A DNA stretch of 44,347 bases from Candidatus Omnitrophota bacterium (GCA_018824725.1 JAHJGB010000077.1:1-44347); one strand, 5' to 3'. Shown: positions 8,836-17,665, numbered from the stretch's first letter. The notes: generated by a model from the sequence alone, not told the origin. A program made the numbers and translations.

Positions 8836-10358
8836 CGAAGAGGCCGCTTCTCATAGTATCCGTCTTCTTTATTTTAGGCATACTTTCAGCGGCATCTTTG
8901 TCAAATTTATTAAATCTTACCCAGGCGTTTACATCCACCCTGATTTTTATTTTAGCCACTGTCATATCTTTAAAATTTATAAAAATCTCAAGAATATTTT
9001 TATTTTTGTCTATAATTTCCCTGGGCGCGCTTTTATATCTGAACTCTAATATATTTCCAAATGCTCATATAAAGTATTTTTTGGGGGAAAACAGGATCAG
9101 CTCAGAGATAATCGGAATTATAAAAAGCCCGGCAGAAACAAGAAGGGTTTATTTTGGCAAGGTTGGTTCGAGGTATTTATTTCAAATAGAGAGCATAGAC
9201 GGTTTAAAGATAACCGGCCTGGTATTGATCAATATAAAGACGGAAAAGGATTATCAGTACGGGGATAGGCTGCTTGTAAAAGGCACAATAAAGAAACCAC
9301 CTGCAGATGTTATTGCGAGGGCACTTCGCTTCGCTCAGCGTAAACTCCGCACCGAAGCAATCTCTGAGATTGCTTCATCGTCCGCCAAAAAGCATGGCGG
9401 ACTCCTCGCAATGACAAAGAGAAAAGATTTCAATTATCGTGAATACCTGGAGCGCCAGAATATATTCGCCATTATAAGCGCATCAGAAAAGAATATAACA
9501 TTATTATCTCATAACTATAATTCAAATCCTGTTATCCGTTATGCGTATCTAATCCGCGATAAAATTAAAAATCAATTTTTAGAAAAGATGCCGCTTGAAA
9601 GCGGGGCTTTTTTAAGGGCAATACTATTGGGAGATCGTTCCGAGCTTCCAAAGAAATTGAATGAGTCATTTAGAAATTCAGGAACCATGCATATACTTGC
9701 GATAAGCGGGTTACATGTGGCATTGATAGCAGCTGCGTTTTTATATTTTTTTAAGCTGATAAGGCTCAAAAGAAAAATTTCCTATGCGCTTACCATGTTA
9801 TTCCTGGTATTTCTGATGTTATTGACAGGCTCTAGCGCGTCTGTTGTAAGGGCGACTGTCATGTGCATTGTTTTTCTTACAGGCATATTATTGGGCAGGC
9901 AGGTGGACGGGTATAATTCGCTGGGAGCAGCGGCGCTTTTTATATTAATAGTAAACCCGAAAGATATTTTTAATATAGGCTTTCAGCTTTCATTTATAGC
10001 GGTTCTGTCAATGATATATCTTACGCCTAAATTTATGCTGTTTGTGAAAAAGGAGTGGAATTTTTATCTGAGAAAATATCTATTGGAACCTTTTAGCGTT
10101 TCGGTTTCCGCTACGCTTGGCACATTCCCGTTTATTTTATACTATTTCAGGATGGCTACGCCTATCGCAATTATTTCAAATATATTTATAGTGCCGCTGA
10201 TGTTTGTTTTAATGATAGGCGGCATGTGTTTTATTGTTTTTGGGTGGATACCTTTTATGGGGGGTTTTATTTCTTATTTCAATAATGCGCTCGCGAATAT
10301 AATATTCTTCTTAGCTGAGTTTTTCGCAGGGGTTAAATTCGGGCATTTTAGCATATAA
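8832..10358 (+). CDS. comEC: ComEC/Rec2-family DNA internalisation channel protein (no C-terminal metallo-beta-lactamase domain)
   Basis: Signature LLGDRSELPKKLNESFRNSGTMHILAISGLHVALIA plus a polytopic C-terminal half. The start ATGA overlaps the upstream stop. Confidence 0.85.
   Translation: MTKRPLLIVSVFFILGILSAASLSNLLNLTQAFTSTLIFILATVISLKFIKISRIFLFLSIISLGALLYLNSNIFPNAHIKYFLGENRISSEIIGIIKSPAETRRVYFGKVGSRYLFQIESIDGLKITGLVLINIKTEKDYQYGDRLLVKGTIKKPPADVIARALRFAQRKLRTEAISEIASSSAKKHGGLLAMTKRKDFNYREYLERQNIFAIISASEKNITLLSHNYNSNPVIRYAYLIRDKIKNQFLEKMPLESGAFLRAILLGDRSELPKKLNESFRNSGTMHILAISGLHVALIAAAFLYFFKLIRLKRKISYALTMLFLVFLMLLTGSSASVVRATVMCIVFLTGILLGRQVDGYNSLGAAALFILIVNPKDIFNIGFQLSFIAVLSMIYLTPKFMLFVKKEWNFYLRKYLLEPFSVSVSATLGTFPFILYYFRMATPIAIISNIFIVPLMFVLMIGGMCFIVFGWIPFMGGFISYFNNALANIIFFLAEFFAGVKFGHFSI
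9312..9412. repeat. 101-bp nested-palindrome element lying in frame inside comEC
   Basis: Outer inverted repeat is attgcgagg (9312-9320) / cctcgcaat (9404-9412). Inner hairpins are gaagcaatc-tctga-gattgcttc (9354-9376) and tccgcc-aaaaagcat-ggcgga (9381-9401). It is GC-rich relative to the flanking comEC sequence. Confidence 0.7.
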
Positions 10359-10365
10359 ATATAAT

Positions 10366-10628
10366 CTGCCAGCTCTGACGAGGTTTGAGAAAAACCTCGC
10401 CGATTCGAGCGGGCACGGTGTCGTGCGCCAGCTGGGGCCGTTCGGCGCTGAAATAATTTCGCCGTCCGCTACGGCTTACAGCTCATTTTTTATACCGAAG
10501 GTAGTCTTGACAGTATAAAAACTTCGCCGTAATTCCTTGCGGACTCTTGCCGAAATTTTTCTAATGCGCCTCAGACCCCAGCTGCCGCAGGACGAGCGTT
10601 TTTTCGAAAGCCTCACCAGAACTGGTAG
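10366..10628. repeat. GC-rich MITE-like element, copy 3 (long form)
   Basis: Degenerate terminal inverted repeats are ctgccagctctg (10366-10377) and cagaactggtag (10617-10628). 10395-10421 matches 3505-3531. 10475-10583 matches 1-109. 10596-10618 matches the reverse complement of 3541-3565. Confidence 0.75.
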
Positions 10629-10681
10629 ATAAAATATACTAAGGTTGACCGTTTTTGAGCAAGGTGTTAAAATAGGTTATT

Positions 10682-11719
10682 ATGAAAATTAATGGCAAAT
10701 TTCTTACACTGGGTATAGGCAGCCTGCCGTATATTGACGCAGCCGAAAGCGTGGAAATGGTTTTCAAGGGCTTTGACGTGCCTTTTTGGCCCCAGCTTCC
10801 CAAGAAAAGCTTCAAAGAAAATATGTATACCCAGTTCAGCCAGGGCCTGCCCGGACTGATTGTGGACGAGAAAAAAAGGACTATTCATATCGATAATTCC
10901 GGGGATTTGAGCGAAGAGATAGCCGGTATATATGAGGCATATATTTCAGGAAACTTCGATCAATTCGGTATTACCCAGGGACATGCAGAAGGGTTTTATG
11001 CGTTTATCAAGGCGGCAAGGAAATATAAACCGGCTTATGCCAAAGGGCATGTTACGGGGCCTGTGAGTTTTGGCCTCGGCGTGACCGATGAAAAAGGCAG
11101 GCCTATTATTTATGATGACGGGATTAGAGAAGCGTTTGTTAAATTGTTGGAGATGAAGGCCCTATGGCAGATTGATAAATTAAAGGGAGTGGCCGGAAAT
11201 ATCATAATATTTATAGACGAGCCTTATCTTGCGAGTTTTGGCTCAAGTTTTGTGAATATAAAAAGAGAAGACGTGATATCAATGCTGGATTCTATCATAG
11301 GCGGGATACATTCAAAAGGCGCAATGGCGGGGATACATTGCTGCGGCAATACAGACTGGTCAGTCATTACAGGGACAAAGGCGGATATTATAAATTTTGA
11401 CGCGTATCTGTATGCGGACAACCTTGCGCTTTATTCTAAAGACATAGAGGGATTTTTAAAAAGAGGGGGATATCTGGCGTGGGGCATTGCGCCCACCTCT
11501 GATGCCATATTGAAAGAAACAGGCGTCAGCCTTTTTAAAAAATTTAGTTCGCAGATAGATAATTTGGAGAAAAAATTTATAGATAGAAATTTGATAATTT
11601 CGAATTCACTCCTTACCCCGAGCTGCGGAATGGGGACGCTGTCTGAAGAGTTGACAAAGGATATAATAGCCAAACTTTCCGAAACAGCTAAACTATCAAA
11701 AAGCCGCATTCAACAGTGA
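10682..11719 (+). CDS. Short MetE-like (Meth_synt_2 / URO-D superfamily) zinc methyltransferase
   Basis: 345 aa. IFIDEPYL resembles the MetE QIDEPA motif. GIHCCGNTDW and LLTPSCGMGT resemble the MetE His-x-Cys and Cys zinc-ligand motifs. Confidence 0.5.
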   Translation: MKINGKFLTLGIGSLPYIDAAESVEMVFKGFDVPFWPQLPKKSFKENMYTQFSQGLPGLIVDEKKRTIHIDNSGDLSEEIAGIYEAYISGNFDQFGITQGHAEGFYAFIKAARKYKPAYAKGHVTGPVSFGLGVTDEKGRPIIYDDGIREAFVKLLEMKALWQIDKLKGVAGNIIIFIDEPYLASFGSSFVNIKREDVISMLDSIIGGIHSKGAMAGIHCCGNTDWSVITGTKADIINFDAYLYADNLALYSKDIEGFLKRGGYLAWGIAPTSDAILKETGVSLFKKFSSQIDNLEKKFIDRNLIISNSLLTPSCGMGTLSEELTKDIIAKLSETAKLSKSRIQQ

Positions 11720-11797
11720 CGCGCAATCTTTACAAGCGATTAGGCCAATAGCAGAGAATCTTGCGAATGTAATAATGAAAGAGTGTTTTCAGCAAAT

Positions 11798-13216
11798 ATG
11801 AAGATATTTCTCGTTAATCCTCCTCTTACGAGACAGGAAGCAGCTGGAAAGATGAAGGTAATTGTTAACCTTCTCCCTCCGTTAGGGATTGGGTATATCG
11901 CCGCGCTTCTGGAAAGAGAAGGTTTTGTTGTAAAGATAGTTGATTGCCCTCCGTTAAGCCTGACCCACGATGATTTGTGCAAGGATCTGGCGATAGAAAA
12001 GCCCGACATCATCGGTTTTACGGCTACCACCATTTCTATTGATAGCGCCATAAAAGCCGCCCGGAATGCCAGGGCTGTCCTGCCGCATTCCTTGATTATG
12101 ATAGGTGGGCCGCATGTTACGGCTTTACCTGAAGAGACAATGCGTAACGGCCCCTTTGATGTGGTAGTTTTAGGAGAAGGGGAGTATTCATTTTTAGAAA
12201 TTGCGCAACGGGTTAGAAACGCATCAAGTGATTTTTCTGGCATTAGCGGATTAATGTATAGAAAAAATGGCGAGTTAATTTCTACCGGCAGGAGGGCTTA
12301 CATAGATAATTTAGATTCTTTGCCTTTTCCCGCATTTCATTTATTTCCACCCCTATCCATATACCATCCAATGCCGGGGAATGTCAGGAAAATGCCCTAT
12401 GCTCAGATTATGACCTCTAGAGGCTGTCCTTATCAATGCACATTTTGTGACCGAAAAGTTTTTGGCCAGTTATTTCGCGCGCGTTCTCCAAAAAATGTAG
12501 TAGATGAAATAGAAATGTTGATGAAGCGGTTCGGGGTAAAAGAAGTAAAGTTTAACGATGATACCTTTAATGTGGATCCGAAGCGGGTTATAGATATTTG
12601 TGAAGAGATATTGAAGAGAAATATGAAAATCCCTTGGACGTGCCGTGTCCATGTAAAAAACCTTTCTTTCGATCTCTTAAAGATAATGAAACGAGCTGGC
12701 TGTTGGCAGATTGGATTCGGTATCGAAAACGCAGATACTGCCATATTGAAAAGAATCAAGAAATATATAACGCTGGAGGAATGCAAAGACGCTGTGCTGC
12801 GCGCAAAAGCATGCGGTATGAACGTTAAGGTATCATTTATGTTTGGCCTCCCGGGAGAAACAGAGAAGACTATCCAAAAAACAATTGATTTTGCCAAGAC
12901 GCTTCCCGCAGATATCGTTAACTTTCATATTTTTATACCTTTTCCCGGTACAGAACTTTTTAACAAAATTAGCAGTGAAGGCCTGCTTTTGCATGAAAAC
13001 TACCAGCATTATTGCCAATTAAATTTGCCAAAATATATGCACTTACCTTTTGTATCAAAGGGGTTGGGAGAAAATCAGATTCGCAAGTCTTCTTCACGGG
13101 CGCACAGATCTTTTTATCTTAGGCCGAGTTACATCTTAAGCCAGCTGTGTAAGATCAGGAACTTCTCTGACGTATATAGGTACTGGCAGGGTTTTTTAGC
13201 GATAGTCAGTTTATAA
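11798..13216 (+). CDS. B12-binding-domain-type radical SAM protein (COG1032-like), paralogue 1
   Basis: ORF 11783-13216, with ATG 11798 (MKIFLVNPP) preferred. It has PPLGIGYIAALLE and VLGEGEYSF motifs, the TSRGCPYQCTFC cluster motif and a C-terminal FYLRPSYI. Confidence 0.85.
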   Translation: MKIFLVNPPLTRQEAAGKMKVIVNLLPPLGIGYIAALLEREGFVVKIVDCPPLSLTHDDLCKDLAIEKPDIIGFTATTISIDSAIKAARNARAVLPHSLIMIGGPHVTALPEETMRNGPFDVVVLGEGEYSFLEIAQRVRNASSDFSGISGLMYRKNGELISTGRRAYIDNLDSLPFPAFHLFPPLSIYHPMPGNVRKMPYAQIMTSRGCPYQCTFCDRKVFGQLFRARSPKNVVDEIEMLMKRFGVKEVKFNDDTFNVDPKRVIDICEEILKRNMKIPWTCRVHVKNLSFDLLKIMKRAGCWQIGFGIENADTAILKRIKKYITLEECKDAVLRAKACGMNVKVSFMFGLPGETEKTIQKTIDFAKTLPADIVNFHIFIPFPGTELFNKISSEGLLLHENYQHYCQLNLPKYMHLPFVSKGLGENQIRKSSSRAHRSFYLRPSYILSQLCKIRNFSDVYRYWQGFLAIVSL

Positions 13217-13256
13217 TGGCAGCTTATTTACAGAGTGTATTCACGAAAGGATTTGT

Positions 13257-14492
13257 ATGAGAGTGATAGCACGAAGAAATATTGCTCATTATAGAGGGGA
13301 ATTGAAAGACATTCTAAGCTTAATTCTTCAACGGAGAATCAAGGAGGGGCCCTATATCAAACAATTTGAAGAGCAGTTTAGTAAATATATTGGAACCAAG
13401 TATGCTATTGCGGTAGCATCGGGTAGATTGGGTTTGTTTCTGGTACTCGATGCGTTATCGCTGAATAAGAATGATGAAGTTATGCTCCCTGCCTACACAG
13501 ATGAAAGCGTCTCGGAAGTGATTCAAAGCTTAGGCTTGGCGCCAATTTTTATAGATATTGAGAGAGATACCCACAATATCGATGCTAACTTCATTGAAGG
13601 GAAAATCAACTCCAGGACCAAAGTGATCCTGGCTACCCATATTTTCGGCCGGCCTTGTAATTTGGCAAAAATAACGGAAATAGCAAAGAAGCACAGCCTG
13701 GTTGTTATTGAAGACTGTGCCCATGCGATCGGAGCAGAATATAATGGACGGCGGGTCGGTTCATTCGGCCGAGCCGCCTATTTCAGCTTTGGGATAACCA
13801 AGCCTTTTAATACGTTCGGCGGAGGCATGATCACAACCAATGACCAGGTGTTGTATGCCCAGATTAAAAAAAAATCAGCACATTTTGATTATCCGGCTCC
13901 TGCCGCAATTTTGAAGAAGGTTCTTATTTCTTACGGTTTATTTTTGTTGACTTCACCTCCATTTTTCTTAATGATCGTTTTCCCTTGGCTCTTATTCTTG
14001 TCTTTTTTTGATAAGGATCTGATAAATATTTACAACAAGACTGTGAAACCGGCAGTCAAATCCGGGGTATCCGGGGTAAAATATACGAACATGCAGGCAT
14101 TGATGGGGATCAGGCAACTAAGCAATATCGATACGGAAAATGAAAGCCGCAGGCGCAATGCCGGCTTGCTGATGAGCCTTATCGAAGGCAAGATAGATAC
14201 GCTTAAAGACAGAGAGACTCTTCGGCCGACGTATTATTTTTTTGTGGTATTAACTCAGGACACGTCAGGCCTGGCGAAGAAGTTATTGCGTAAAGGCATA
14301 GATACGGGTAAGCATATCATGCGCGATTGTTCGGCGATCGACGGCAAGGAGAGTGACTGTGTATCTGCCTCTGAAGCGGTCAGGGTAAGCTTGCAGATCC
14401 CGAATTATCCGCGGCTAAAGCAAGAGGATATGAGGTATATAGCCGGGATTTTAACCCGGGAATGTAAGAAGACCGGTACCGGAACCAGATGA
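13257..14492 (+). CDS. DegT/DnrJ/EryC1/StrS-family PLP-dependent sugar aminotransferase or dehydratase
   Basis: FEEQFSKYIGTKYAIAVASGRLGL, EDCAHAIGAEY and FSFGITKPFNTFGGGM (PLP lysine) are colinear with the family. aaagga lies before the ATG. Confidence 0.8.
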   Translation: MRVIARRNIAHYRGELKDILSLILQRRIKEGPYIKQFEEQFSKYIGTKYAIAVASGRLGLFLVLDALSLNKNDEVMLPAYTDESVSEVIQSLGLAPIFIDIERDTHNIDANFIEGKINSRTKVILATHIFGRPCNLAKITEIAKKHSLVVIEDCAHAIGAEYNGRRVGSFGRAAYFSFGITKPFNTFGGGMITTNDQVLYAQIKKKSAHFDYPAPAAILKKVLISYGLFLLTSPPFFLMIVFPWLLFLSFFDKDLINIYNKTVKPAVKSGVSGVKYTNMQALMGIRQLSNIDTENESRRRNAGLLMSLIEGKIDTLKDRETLRPTYYFFVVLTQDTSGLAKKLLRKGIDTGKHIMRDCSAIDGKESDCVSASEAVRVSLQIPNYPRLKQEDMRYIAGILTRECKKTGTGTR

Positions 14493-14744
14493 GTAAAAAC
14501 AAATATTTAATTTTATTTCTTCTCTTGGCGGCCTTTTTGCTGGTTGGATAAGACTCAAGAAGTCAGGCTAGCGCAAATAGCCGCAGCATGTTGAGAGCGG
14601 TACGCTTGTTTAAAATTGCAGTTAGGCAGATTAACGGGGTTTTCGTGGTTTAATCGGTACAGGTCTCCAGAATATCATTGTTTCTCCTTTTGCAATAATA
14701 CTGAATGTCTTTATTATAAAGAGCTATTATTAACAGGTCAAGTC

Positions 14745-14891
14745 TTATTTTTGCTGGACGAGTTTACGCATGCTTAATTGTTCAAGCTTGCCTGATAGTT
14801 CTTGGTTGTTGCTATGACCGTTGAGATTTTGAACGAGTTCCATAATTTCCTTGTTTATCTTCTCTGTCGGTGGTATCCTTTTCTTTAGCAT
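14745..14891 (-). CDS. Small 48-aa ORF with strong RBS, the only convincing minus-strand ORF in the window
   Basis: The reverse strand reads GGAGGCCATC ATG, then MLKKRIPPTEKINKEIMELVQNLNGHSNNQELSGKLEQLSMRKLVQQK and a stop. It is below the ORF-track cutoff and I recognise no domain. Confidence 0.3.
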   Translation of the reverse strand: MLKKRIPPTEKINKEIMELVQNLNGHSNNQELSGKLEQLSMRKLVQQK

Positions 14892-15004
14892 GATGGCCTC
14901 CTTGGGTTATGAGGAAAGGGTTCCTCTTGGGTTAATAATTTTACCCAAAAGGTACCTCATGCCGCTTTATTTTTCCAGCAATTTTAGCGCATTGCCTTAC
15001 TAAC

Positions 15005-15250
15005 ATGTCAATAAGAAAAGCAAAGATCATTCCGAAGGCAAAATTAATTAATCAGAGCAAAAGATCAATTGCCAGGACCTCTCGCGGGGATATCATACTT
15101 GACAAAGAAACTTCGACAATACTGCCTATTGGCGATAAGACAAAATGTGTCGGTGATTTAGCAAAGCTGCTTAAAAAAGAAGTGAATTATGTAGTAAAGA
15201 AAGTAATGAAATTAGAAGCATTGGGCATTGTTTATTTAAAGTTGCCATGA
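15005..15250 (+). CDS. Small hypothetical protein, possibly winged-helix DNA-binding
   Basis: 81-aa ORF. The C-terminal VGDLAKLLKKEVNYVVKKVMKLEALGIV looks like an HTH recognition region. No clear RBS. Confidence 0.3.
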   Translation: MSIRKAKIIPKAKLINQSKRSIARTSRGDIILDKETSTILPIGDKTKCVGDLAKLLKKEVNYVVKKVMKLEALGIVYLKLP

Positions 15251-15262
15251 GAAGATCCGATA

Positions 15263-16129
15263 TTGCAAGATCTGTATGGCAAACGAACCCCTATTGCCGG
15301 GATCTGCAAAAGGCAGCCCGGCCTATGGAACATCGTAGCGTATGAAAAGGAGTGGGATATTTATCCGGATAGTTTTGATTTTTTAAACCGCGATTCGGAT
15401 CTCTTTAAACTGAAGAGTTTTGAAAAAGAAATCTATTTTGGTTTGATGCGGCCATTTTTAAATACACTGCCTAAAGAAAGCGTTATTTTGGATGCCGGAT
15501 GCGGAATCGGAAGATTTTCTGTTGAGTTGGTAAGGAGGGGCTTTAAGGTAAATTTGGTGGATTCATCTGAAAAGGCCCTTAAAAAGGCATTAGAGTATTT
15601 AGGAAGAGAAAAAGGGGCAGAATTCGATGTCCATTGGGGCAACGTGGCTAATCTGCCAATGTTTTCTAACGCGAGCTTTGATGCCATTTTGGCAATAGAG
15701 TTGATATGTTATTGCAATAGCCCCAAAGAAGTAGTAAAGGAACTGGTGAGGGTGACAAAGAAAAACGGCCTGATCATAATTTCTGTTGAAGGAAAATACG
15801 GGGGAATGCTTTCTGATCCCAACGTTCGTTTTGATAAGTTATCCGCAATTGTTCAGGATGGTTTATTATATAAGAAAAATCACTTATATGTACATTATTA
15901 TACTCCAGCGTCGTTAAAACGATTATTAGAGGAGTGTGGAATTGACGTTATAGGCGTATTTGGCTCCCATTATGTTACCGATGGTATTTTTCAGGGGCTA
16001 ATAGATGTTGATAAACTGGACAATAAGAATTATAAAACGAGGGTCCTCAAAATCGAGAAATTATGCCAAAATGATCCCGTGCTTAAGAATTTAGCGAGGG
16101 CATGGGTGGCAGTCGGGAGAAAAAGGTAA
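15263..16129 (+). CDS. Class I SAM-dependent methyltransferase
   Basis: Motif I VILDAGCGIGRFS, an acidic post-I residue (VNLVDSS) and a later FDAILAIELI motif. The start is TTG at 15263, so the true start is uncertain. Confidence 0.8.
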   Translation: MQDLYGKRTPIAGICKRQPGLWNIVAYEKEWDIYPDSFDFLNRDSDLFKLKSFEKEIYFGLMRPFLNTLPKESVILDAGCGIGRFSVELVRRGFKVNLVDSSEKALKKALEYLGREKGAEFDVHWGNVANLPMFSNASFDAILAIELICYCNSPKEVVKELVRVTKKNGLIIISVEGKYGGMLSDPNVRFDKLSAIVQDGLLYKKNHLYVHYYTPASLKRLLEECGIDVIGVFGSHYVTDGIFQGLIDVDKLDNKNYKTRVLKIEKLCQNDPVLKNLARAWVAVGRKR

Positions 16130-16135
16130 GTACAT

Positions 16136-17665
16136 ATGAAAGTCTTTCTCATTAGGGGTCCTCGCTATTATTGGCCGTTTATAAATGAGTACGATAATTT
16201 TCTTATGCCTCAGTCTCTTGCTTGTCTGGCGGCAGTATTAAAAAGAGCCGGCATAGAGGTGAGGGTAATTGACTGCGCCCCTGTCAAGATGGGGTGGAAT
16301 AGTTTAAGGAGTTTGCTTAAAAAAGAAAATCCGGATGTCGTAGGGATTGGGGATAGTGAGTCCCTCTATTCTCATGAGGCAATGAGGGTTTTAAAGACAG
16401 CCAAAGAAGTTAACCCTAAGGTAATTACAATAGCAGGGGGGGCTCATTTTTCCAATCTTATTCAAGAGAGCTTGTCGAGTTCCCCCATTGATTTTATCGT
16501 GAAAGGAGAAGGGGAATATACTCTTTTGGAGCTGATAAAAGAACTGGAAAAACCAAAGCCTGATTTTATGAAAGTCAGAGGCATTGCTTTTAAGCAGGAT
16601 AATAAAATAATTGAAACGCCTCCGCGGCCATTGATTGAGGATTTGGATAAACTCCCCATTCCCGCATACGAACTTATGCCGATGCGCGAATATGGAAAAT
16701 CGAGATTCCTTTTCTCACCCGGGGGGGCTACTATCCATCATAGCCGGGGTTGCATTGATAGGTGTAAGTTCTGCGTCTGGTGGGTGCAGATGGCTGAGCG
16801 CAAGCTAGAGAATGGGGAAGTCAAACCGCATCCGAAATGGAGGACCAAAAGTGTCGGGCGGACCATCGAGGAAATACGCCTGCTGTACCATAAATATAAC
16901 AAGAGGTTCTTGGTCTTTGTGGATGACTCCTGGAATATCAGTCAGAGTTGGAATGAAGAATTTGCCGAAGCGTTGATCAAAGAGAACATTAAAATCGGCT
17001 GGTTCGCCTTTATGAGGGCGGATTTTATGCTTCGCGACGAAAAAGCCGGGATATTGAAAAAATTGGTCGATTCCGGGATGTCACATATATGCATCGGAGC
17101 GGAGAGGGAGAGCAACGAAGAGTTGCGAAGCATCGGTAAAAACTGCTATTCGCGGGATATGGTCAAGGAATGCCTGCTCATCCTGAAGAATAAATATCCG
17201 CAAGTTTTTAGGCAGGTTACTTTTATAGTCGGCATAAGAGGTGAAACCCGGGAATCGCTATTAAGACAGGTTAACTATGCCCAGGAGATATGCGCGGATT
17301 ATCCGGCATTCCATCCCATGACTCCCGTGCCGGGGACTGAGGCGTGGCGGGAAGCAAAGGAAAAAGGATGGTTAGAAATCAAGGATTTCAGTTATTATGA
17401 TTGGACTACTCCGGTCATGTCTTCTGGCACAAATCTTTCCAGGGAGGAAATCGAAGATCTGGTCTATTTGGCCAGCAGAAAATTCATTTCCTTCCCCTGG
17501 ATCATCAAAGGGTTATGCAGCCCCTTCAGGATTAAGAGAAATATGTATATTTGGTGGCTATTGGTAGCCGTGAAAATATTTATCGATTCATTCGGGAGAT
17601 TTGTCCTCCCGCTTAACGTAAAGGAATATACGAAGTTAGTAAAGCCAAAATGGTACGATAGCTGA
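16136..17665 (+). CDS. B12-binding-domain-type radical SAM protein, paralogue 2 (divergent)
   Basis: VKGEGEYTLLELI, VRGIAFK and HHSRGCIDRCKFC motifs, with a longer and more divergent C-terminus. Confidence 0.85.
   Translation: MKVFLIRGPRYYWPFINEYDNFLMPQSLACLAAVLKRAGIEVRVIDCAPVKMGWNSLRSLLKKENPDVVGIGDSESLYSHEAMRVLKTAKEVNPKVITIAGGAHFSNLIQESLSSSPIDFIVKGEGEYTLLELIKELEKPKPDFMKVRGIAFKQDNKIIETPPRPLIEDLDKLPIPAYELMPMREYGKSRFLFSPGGATIHHSRGCIDRCKFCVWWVQMAERKLENGEVKPHPKWRTKSVGRTIEEIRLLYHKYNKRFLVFVDDSWNISQSWNEEFAEALIKENIKIGWFAFMRADFMLRDEKAGILKKLVDSGMSHICIGAERESNEELRSIGKNCYSRDMVKECLLILKNKYPQVFRQVTFIVGIRGETRESLLRQVNYAQEICADYPAFHPMTPVPGTEAWREAKEKGWLEIKDFSYYDWTTPVMSSGTNLSREEIEDLVYLASRKFISFPWIIKGLCSPFRIKRNMYIWWLLVAVKIFIDSFGRFVLPLNVKEYTKLVKPKWYDS

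Noticed and set aside
11740-12243. 167-aa minus-strand ORF (similar cases at 39139-39651, 43048-43560, 12433-12897 and 5340-5765)
   Set aside because: These are fully antisense to well-supported + strand genes with strong family motifs. They have no RBS and odd composition, so they are shadow ORFs.
14631-14678. 15-codon minus-strand ORF (MIFWRPVPIKPRKPR) preceded by GGAGAAACA
   Set aside because: It is too short and compositionally unremarkable. It could be chance, and nothing links it to the radical SAM enzymes.
14493-15004. Cobalamin riboswitch, expected near B12-dependent genes (gaps 10629-10681, 11720-11797 and 17666-17920 also checked)
   Set aside because: I could not find a convincing B12-box (AGYCMGG.G.CCKGCC-like) or the surrounding conserved helices on either strand. 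The other gaps are too short. An Rfam scan would be decisive.
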